Positions 55,850-64,000 of a DNA stretch of 64,000 nt are shown here, piece after piece (within the stretch, counting starts at the first letter, position 1; each line of letters opens with the position of its first letter). Source of the stretch: Glaucostegus cemiculus. Taxonomy: Eukaryota. Both the position numbers and the translations under genes were made by a program. Below the pieces are notes generated by a model, which saw nothing but the letters and a program-made list of their open reading frames with translations, ran no database searches and was not told where the DNA came from. The stretch covers positions 4,464,001-4,528,000 of the forward strand of contig CDPCPM010000323.1 of assembly GCA_976551045.1 (NCBI GenBank), read 5' to 3'.

Positions 55850-57030
55850 CATGGATGTAATAGAAGGCTGCTTAGAAAATCATGAGGCGATCAAGCAGTG
55901 TCAACATGGATTTATAAAAGGGAAATCATGTCTGACACATCTCGTTTGAGAATGTTTCAAATGGGGTGAATAAGGAAGAACCAGTAGATGTAATGTATCT
56001 GGATTTCCAGAAGACATTTGATAAAAGGCCAAAGTTACTGCACAAAGTGCATGGGGTTTGGGATAATATCTTGGCATGGGTAGGGAACTGACCAACCAAA
56101 AAAACATAGGGAGTCAGGATAAATGGATCTTTTTTGGTTTGGCAATCAACTGAGGCAGTTGTAGGAATTTCAACTGTTTGAAATCTTTATCAGTAACTTA
56201 AATTAAGCAATCAAGTATAGTGTAGCCACACTGGTGGATGACACAAAGGTAAGTAGATTGGCAAGTAGAGTGGAACCTGCAAAAAGACATAGAAATGTTC
56301 CATAGGTAGGCAAGAATTTGGTAGATGGAGTATAAAAGGAAAAATATGAGGTAATCCATCATTGAAGAAAGAATGAAAAAAGCAGATTATTATTTAAATG
56401 GATTATTACTATAAAATATTGTGGTGCAAGTGGATCTAAGGGTAAGATAGAATACAAGGAGTAATTAGGAAGACTCATGGAATGTTGCCCTTTATTTCAA
56501 GGAGTATGGGCTATAAAAGTAGGGGAGTTCTGATGGAACCCTACAAGGCTCTGGTTGGACATTAAGGAAGCACATACTTGCATTGGAGGCAGTGTGGAGA
56601 AGATTCATTAGGTTGATTCCTGGGATGAAAGAGTTGACTCATAAAGAAAGGTTGAGCAGTTTGGGCCTATATTCATTGGAGTTTAGAAGAATGAAAGGTG
56701 ATCTTATTGAAACATACAAGATTCGGAGATAGGTTGACATGGTGGATATTGAGAAGATGTTTTCCATAGGTTGAGGTGCCTAGAATAGGGGTGGGTGGGA
56801 CATAGTTTCAGAATAAGGGTAACCCATTTAAAACAATGATGAGAAGGAATTTCTTCTCAGGTGTCTGTAAATTTCTGGAATTCTCCAACCTAGAGAACTG
56901 TGCAGGTGGAGATTCTGAAAATATACTCAAAGTGGACACTGACAGACAAAGGGCACAGTGAAAGAGTGGGAAAGCTATGCTGAGGCCAAGCCTGGACCAG
57001 TCATGATCTTACTGGCTCGAGGGGCTGAAC
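55850..57030 (+). mobile_element. Degenerate CR1 LINE (RT to 3' tail)
   Basis: caacatggatttataaaagggaaatcatgtctgac (QHGF.KGKSCLT), ctggatttccagaagacatttgataa (LDFQK.FDK), gatgacacaaag (DDTK), tattcattggagtttagaagaatg (YSLEFRRM). Confidence 0.88.
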
Positions 57031-57049
57031 TAGCTATATTCATTTTTAT

Positions 57050-57380
57050 TACTTGGCCTAAGCCATTGTTTATACTGTGTGAGTCTTCTCGAACCCAACT
57101 TTATCTAATTTAATCAGGGTGATCTACTTCCTTCTCCCTTAGCAATTGTCTCACTTTCACTTGATACTCCTTGCCTTAACCACTCCTTGGGATAATGAAT
57201 TCCACATTTTCACCACTCTTTGCGCAAAAAGGTTTCTTCTGAATTCTCTGTAGGACTTACATTCAGCCCCCCTATTGTCAGTGTTCTCCCCAAATGGAAA
57301 CATCTTTCTCTGTCTGCCCTATCAAATTCCCTCATACTTTTCAAGACTTCTATTAGACCTCAACTTAATCTTGTCTGGTT
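57050..57380 (-). mobile_element. Old CR1 3' fragment
   Basis: gaattccacattttcaccactct...aaaaaggtttcttctg is the reverse of the FFTQRVV..WNSL coding segment. Confidence 0.55.
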
Positions 57381-58609
57381 TTACTTCTCTTTTAAAGTAA
57401 GTGAAAGGAAACTAGGAAAATAGTATGTTTTGTCAGGGGCTATTCTGGCTTTGTTAACAATAATGATGAGAAAATCCTGTGGTATTAGGAATGAGGATAA
57501 AAGCAAATGTAGGATTTTAATGCAAGCTTCCACAAAGAAAGCCTTCAATAAGGAAAACTCTAATTATCATTGCAACACAGCATCTATTGTCAGAGAGAAG
57601 ATTCAATGTCTGTATTATAAAAATATTCTACAATACCACGATATATCTGGGTTTTTTTTGGTTAAACATATCAGTTTAGGACATCAAAAAGTAGTTGCTT
57701 TATGCAGGGTCCCTCATTCATTCACAGCAATTACAATGTGTTTCTTCAATCTATGCGTGAGATGGATTTATAGAATGAACTCACGTTGCCTGTGGTACAG
57801 GAAAGGGAAAGAAAGATTAATGATTTGGTGCAGATATTCATATAAAGTGAAACTGTTAAGTATTCTATGAAGGAGCTATGGAAATGCACATTATTACTGT
57901 ATTAAACTGAGGTTACAAATATGTGCTTTTAAGTAAACTTGTACAGTGTTTAGTGGGCAGAGAGCTTTCTTGACATCACTGTGCTTAATAAATCCAAAAC
58001 AAAGTGCAAGTTATTTGTTCAGTCAACTGCAATTTATATACCCATTAAATGTGTACTTTTTTAAAGCTGGGTGATAGTAATTTTCCATGAAATGTATCAC
58101 TTTGCAGACAAGCTGTCAAATTGATTTTACATTTGGACTTTTTAATACCTTTTTTATTTCCTAACCTTCAACCAAGTTAAATATCACCCTTCAGGATGCA
58201 GAATCTGTCCAAGCTGCCCACGATTGTTATTATAGATCAATGTGAGTGTGATTCCCTTTCTTGTGCTGTCACATACAAGTCAGTCTCTGTTTATGATCCA
58301 TACATGTGCATTCTGTGTGGTGGTTATCACATGTGTTCTATTTGCAAAGATAATATTTGCCTAATGCTTGCCACAAGGCTTGCAAGTAAATCCACGCAGC
58401 TGTCTGTTTGAGCAATTAAAACCTGCGTAGGCAATATCTGAAATTGTGATCAAATGTTAGTAAAACTTGCATGACTCAGGAGAACAAAACAAGCTTAGAG
58501 AATTGAATGAACTGAACAAAAGTAGAAAGAGATAACTAGCAATAATGAGAATATAACTATGGTTGCTTCATGATAATTCAGTGTCAATTTTTCTGCTGTA
58601 CAGAGTTTA

Positions 58610-59510
58610 TAAAGGAGATGCACGTATTACTGGCAAAGACAGCATTCATTGTCCATTTCTAATTTCCTTATGATGAAGAGCCACTTTCTTAAACATTTGT
58701 GGAATGCATCATGAAGTCATCCACTTCTAGGATTTTAATTGACTGACTATGATAGTGCAAAAACATATTTCCAAGTCAGGATGGTCTCTGATTTGGTGGA
58801 AACTTGCCGGCGTTGCTGTTCCCAGCCCACTACCCTCACCCTTCCAGGTTATGGGTTTGGGGGATGCTATAGAAGAAGCCATTGAAGATGCTACTGTGGA
58901 TCTTGTAAGTAATAATATCTGCTGCCATGGTTTTAGATGGAATGGATACAATAAGGGTTGGAAGGGGTATCAGTCAGATGCACTGTTTGTCGTTGGTGCA
59001 GCTGGATTTATCAAGGAAACATAAATGTATCCTTCATACACATTAGTTGTGCCTTGAGGATAGAGGAAATGCATTGAAGAATTGAGGATGTGAATCATTC
59101 CTCAAGGAATACGCAGTATCTGACCAACTCTTTTAGAAAGCCAGTATATGTGAAGCTGATCCATTCAAGTTTCTGGTCAATGGTAATCCCTGGGATGTTG
59201 ATAGGTGATTCAGCCACAGTAAATCCAAATGCAACTGATAAGAGGTTCTTCTATTGGAGATTGCCATTGCTAAGAGTCATGTGAGTTGAATGAAACTTTT
59301 CAATTGCCAGCTGAATCTAAATGTTGTTCAGGTCTTGTTGTATGTAGATATGGTGTGCTTCAATATCTGGGGAATTGTGATGGGACCAAACACTATTCAG
59401 ACCTCAGTGAATACCCTAATTCCGACTTTACGATGGAGACAAGGTTATTAGTGCAGCAGCTGAAGATGCTGCCCAGAGGACAATGTCCCAAGGAAGTCCC
59501 ATTATGATAT
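58610..59510 (-). mobile_element. Older copy of the LINE family at 48185-49140
   Basis: Collinear shared words: cagcatt.att.ccat, gagccactttctt.aa, aagtcag.at.gtg, tggtcaatggtaa.ccc..ggatgttg, cagtgaat..cc..a.ttc.ga.ctt..gatgga. Confidence 0.7.
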
Positions 59511-60664
59511 GTGGGTTATTCATTAGACATTGAACTATCAAATTACTAATTAAAAAGTACAAATACTACTAATTTAAAATTTTGTTGTGGCTTTGTTAAA
59601 AGTAATAGACTGCATTGTGCTGATAGACATCCATTGACTTCAAAGAGAATATCCTGCTGCCATGTCTACATCAAGGCACTTTAGATTTCCATGCCATAGC
59701 ATTGTATTCAGAAGTACTGAATGTAATGGAAATCAGATAAGCCCAGGGCTTCTTACTAACCTGAAGGACCAGACACTCTTCACATCCAGTTTGGTCCTAT
59801 TAATTTAAAAGCCATTCCAAATATTCACGAAAAAGATAAGTTTAGTGATGTTTTAAGTTTCGCTTTGTTTATTTCTCTGTAATTTTATGTTCTTAATTAA
59901 TTAACTGACAAGTTTAATAAATAAATCAGTTTATCTTTTTTTTGAAAACTAACTTTTTGTTTTTAAGTAATTTAATCAAGTTCATCGTTTTTTTAAACTG
60001 ATTATCACTTAAAACAATGAAATATATATTTGGCTACACGTGCTATGGGGTGAAGCATCAAGAAGCACCACTTCGATATCTGATTGCCAGCTGTGGCCCA
60101 CTTCAGTCTGGAGGGCTACAAGGTTAGCTCAAGGGGCAAGCATGGGCAATGGGTTAAGTGGAGCATGATGGCCCAGGGAGGAGAAAATCCCATACAATTG
60201 AAGGAGACATATGAAAAAAACAGGAATGTTGCTCAAAGGTCTTGAAATATTAGAAACTTTGAATAAAGCACTGATAAATTGAGAGAAATAAAGCCAAAAG
60301 AAGATTAAACTCCAGAAACCAAACAATAAAGTTTAAGTGAAAGACAATCAAATTAAAATGAATAGAGTCCAGATTAGACAACATCCTGACACCTTGCTCA
60401 GTTCTGGTTGGCGAGAAGCTTTGGAATCTATTCAAAGAAATGGAAAATGCAGTAATTCTGGAGAACATTTCATAACCTCAAGATGTCACAAAATGCTTAA
60501 TAGCCCAAAAAGTATTGTTACTATGCAGATAAGAAACATAGGAACTGACTTGAACATTTTAAATAGCTGTGACCAGAATTTGTTCTTCTTTGCTGTCTAG
60601 AGGGGTAAATAATGGGCAGTATGTCAAAGTTTCCTTGCTTTTCTTAATTATGGTACTATTTTCT

Positions 60665-60975
60665 TGATCTGGTATTGGTGGCAAGGCCCATCGAGTTATC
60701 CTTGTACTGAACAGACTCCTGGGTCACTTCACGGACAGAGTCAACAGATATAGACCAGACCAGGTAAAGATGGCAAATCTCTTCCTGAGGGACGCTGGTG
60801 AACAAGATGGGTTTATAGTGCTGTCATCACTACTCATGACTAGTCTTTGTTTAAGTTCTAAATTATTAACTGAACTTAAGTCCATAGCTAACACGGTAAG
60901 ATTTGATTGCAGGACTCTGGCATGTCAGTCCAGGCTTCTGGATCACTAGTCCAAAAATTTAACTACTGTACCACT
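60665..60975 (-). mobile_element. tRNA-derived SINE whose 3' tail resembles the 48/58 kb LINE
   Basis: Minus strand begins ggtacagtagtta...tggactagtgatccagaagcctggact (tRNA-like head). Related decayed segment at about 49680-49830. Confidence 0.6.
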
Positions 60976-61949
60976 AACATAAGATTGAGGTCCTCTACCT
61001 GAAAAACAGATCGCATTTCAGTTTCATGGCTCATCTAAAGGACTTGTCTGACAGTCTAGCAACTTCTTACCACTGCTTTGGATTAGTAGACCTGATTATA
61101 TGGTCAAGCCCCTGCACTAAGACCTAAACCCAAACTTCCTGAGGTAAAAGTGGTCTCATGTAGCCTTGTCAGCCACTAGCACACAGATATGTTTCAGGTA
61201 TTGCACACATCAAAGGCTGATTATCAACATTTTTAGTAATAAAGTGGCTATTTTAGAAATGTTAATGGAACATTGTTTCAAATGATTCACAGTTGTCCAA
61301 TTTATTTTACAAACAATGCCAATGGTTACAAAATTCCACACAAAGAACTGGCATTCTGTTTCATTTGACTTGTTAAATTCAACTGAAAAAAAATTCTTGT
61401 TAAATCTTTCTCTAAATAAAAAGAAAAATATGCCTTCCCAGTTGTAGCATATACAGTATTTGGATAAAAGTGAAAAAGCTTGGTATTTAAAACAAAAGAT
61501 ATGGTTTATTCTGGTTTAATCAGAACTGATTTTTTTCTTTACATGATATTTCATAAATCCTGGTATAACAGTTTAGCCTCATCTCTGCTTTTGTGTTATC
61601 ACACATTCCTAATGTGTATCATATTCAAGGATGTATTACACTCGAAAAACATTTGCTAGCTTTCTTCTGAAAATAAAACTTGGCTCCTGTCATGAGGGCT
61701 AATGTTAGAACATGATAACAGCCCAGTATAGTTTAACTTTGAGATTTATGAATGGACTTTCCTAATGAACTGCCCGGTAGAGAACTTTCCTTCTGTGACT
61801 CTAAGTCTGAAGTAATTTTATAAAATTCTAGATAGTATTTTGGGCCTCATTAGCAAAGAATCAAACAACTGAAATTATTTACCTTGAGGCTTTGTTGAGT
61901 GTGTTTCAGGTCAGCTTCTTTCTACATGCTGTGCAAAGAAAGAATGCAT

Positions 61950-62207
61950 TCTTCTGTCTTCTGTTCCTATTTCCACTTTTCCCTCCTCCATCTGCCTATC
62001 ACCCCTCCTCACCTGGGTCCACATATTGCTTGTTAACTCTTGCTCCACTCCTCCACTTCAACTTCTTTATACTGGCTATCTTCCCTCTATCCTTCAGTCC
62101 AGATGAAATGTCTCATTTCCCTCCATAGATGCTGCCTGACCCATTAGGTTCCTCCAGCTTCTTGTGTGATGCTCCAGATTCCAGCATCTGCAGTCTCTTG
62201 TGCCTCT
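61950..62207 (-). mobile_element. Second, longer copy of the short element seen at 50573
   Basis: Reverse complement reads gaggcacaagagactgcagatgctggaatctggagca.cacac...gctggaggaa...gggtcaggcagcatctatggag. Confidence 0.8.
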
Positions 62208-62259
62208 GTAATAATTGTTTAAGATGTCCAGAAGAGATCCATGCAACTTATTTTTGAAA

Positions 62260-62530
62260 GTATAGATATTGCCACAGGCACAGTAAAGATCCCACAAAGA
62301 GTAAATGATTATAAAGAGCAAATAATCAACGTCCTTTATTTTTCTGAATAGTGTTAAGTATCTTTAATGTCTGAGTAGGCAGCCCAGTCTTGGGTTTACT
62401 AACTGTTAAATGATTGCTGTTTAGCTGATGCAGCACTCCCTCAGTACTGCATTGCAGCAGTTAACCTTAATTATCTGTTGAACGACTGGGTGGAGTTTGG
62501 ATCTACAAACATCTGTCTCAAAGTTCAGGG
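62260..62530 (-). mobile_element. DeuSINE (SacSINE1/AmnSINE1-like) remnant
   Basis: Reverse complement contains TGCAGTACTGAGGGAGTGCTGCA and tttgtgggatctt.ctgtg, hallmark words of this family as I recall them. Confidence 0.7.
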
Positions 62531-64000
62531 TACAATTGTCTAAGTTTTCCTGCCCATTTGTTCTCCAGATGTAAACTTTTGTAACATATAAATATTTCCT
62601 TCATGCTTCAATAATAACAATTATAAGAAAATATTCAGTAATATTTCACAGAAGTAAATACTGCACATTATTATAGAAACACATGTGACTAATGTGCAAC
62701 ATTTTGGCTGTATGTAAAGAAAAATCTAGTGCTAGAGCATAAATATAAAATATATTGTATGATAAATATATCCTGAAAACCTTTGATTTAAATCTTACAT
62801 CTTTCATTCAGAAACAGCTTTCCATATCATTTTGCTCAAACAAACTCTGACAGCCACAAACTTTCCATAACCACAATATAATTACAATCATCCTCAAGCA
62901 AAGTAAAAACAAATTTTTATTGCTACCCTACAAATAAACAATCCTCCACCAGTTTACAGAGTGGTAGAACACGCAAAAACCTTTAGTTGTGCTGATTCTG
63001 TCAATGTCAGACTGAGGAGATTTCTGGGAGCAGTCTCTGTTAGGAGTTGCAATGATACCACTCACTGTCAAAATGGAGGAATCATAAATTTTTCCTTGAA
63101 TGATTAAGTAATAGAGTTTGGCTCCATCTGCCAGTACAATTTTCAACAGGGGTGATCTGATTGTTCAGCACTTGAAATTTAAATGTGATACAATTTTCTG
63201 GCAGATTTCTATTTATTTAAGTTTAGGCTATTTAACTTTAACAGGCACAACAGACTGGGATATACAGCTACTATTGATAGTCTGCTCTCTTCTGATGTCA
63301 AGTTGCCAATATAATACTAAATATTTGGTGCTGGTGTGGTATCTCTAATGTCAAAATGTGGTATAATTAGGACTTAAAAATGTTAAAGTAAGTGTTTAAA
63401 TAGTGACATTCAGAGTAACCTTTGGGGTTGAAGTTTGTTACTAGGCAACATTAACTGAATGCGTCTGGTGGACTGCAGTTGTGCTGCTCAAGCAGTTCTA
63501 AAGAGAAACTAGAGATACACCTCAAAACAATCCAACTGCCTCTGTGTGGTGGGGCTTGGATTGCAGGTTTGTGAGTTATATCTTTCAACCGGAATTGTTG
63601 GCTCCTGTCGAGCAAAACCAAGTGCCCCTTGAATACAACGGTACAAGTTATTAAAAACACCTCACCTTCTTAGACAGAGGAGCCAAAATGAAGCTTACAA
63701 ATAAACGTAATGAGTTGATGCATATGTCCTCTGAAGAATAGGTGAGGAAGACATTCATATGGGAGATTGGTGAGCAGTCCCCATGACTTGCTGAACTTAC
63801 TTGGTTGAACTTCTTTCTTTTTCTGTGAGACTGCTAGTTGGAGCTTCTGCTGAAGTTTGTCAATGAAAAGAATCAATGCAGACCGGTTTATTTACCAAAC
63901 AAGGATCCATCGGGAAAGAAAAAGATATCTATCTTTTCATTACACATTTCAAGTCCCTTTAAAATGTCACATGGTGTTTTAATTAAGTACTGTTGAAGTA

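Noticed and set aside
42757-57030. RT/endonuclease ORF fragments as an active or novel reverse-transcriptase system
   Set aside because: Clearly CR1-group LINE relics with stops, frameshifts and mutated catalytic motifs (FSDD, FVHD, FTDN).

Overview
Vertebrate genomic DNA, most likely from a cartilaginous fish (shark/ray/skate, inferred from the retroposon families). It contains one protein-coding gene, the orphan nuclear receptor NR2F2 (COUP-TFII), on the minus strand: three coding exons (22743-22332, 21561-21034, 19667-19393) with GT-AG junctions encode 404 aa. A TATA/DR1/CArG/GC-box/CCAAT promoter lies at about 23.4-23.6 kb, the 5' UTR has six uORFs, and the 3' UTR is about 2.5 kb. A short upstream exon (27521-27470, MQIISDTEQRQLQAMMF plus a phase-1 GT donor) can splice in frame to exon 2. 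It resembles the alternative first exon of the human DNA-binding-domain-less COUP-TFII isoform and is the most notable finding. The window splits in two. Positions 1 to about 35 kb have no recognisable transposon, keep CpG even in AT-rich DNA (a methylation-valley signature) and hold several candidate enhancers with PBX-HOX/MEIS motifs. Positions from about 35 kb to 64 kb are strongly CpG-depleted and full of decayed CR1-group LINEs and SINEs, several of them nested. There are two assembly gaps. I found no evidence of a wholly new genetic system; the novel elements are candidate isoform and regulatory features. All comparisons to other species and repeat consensuses are from memory, not from searches.
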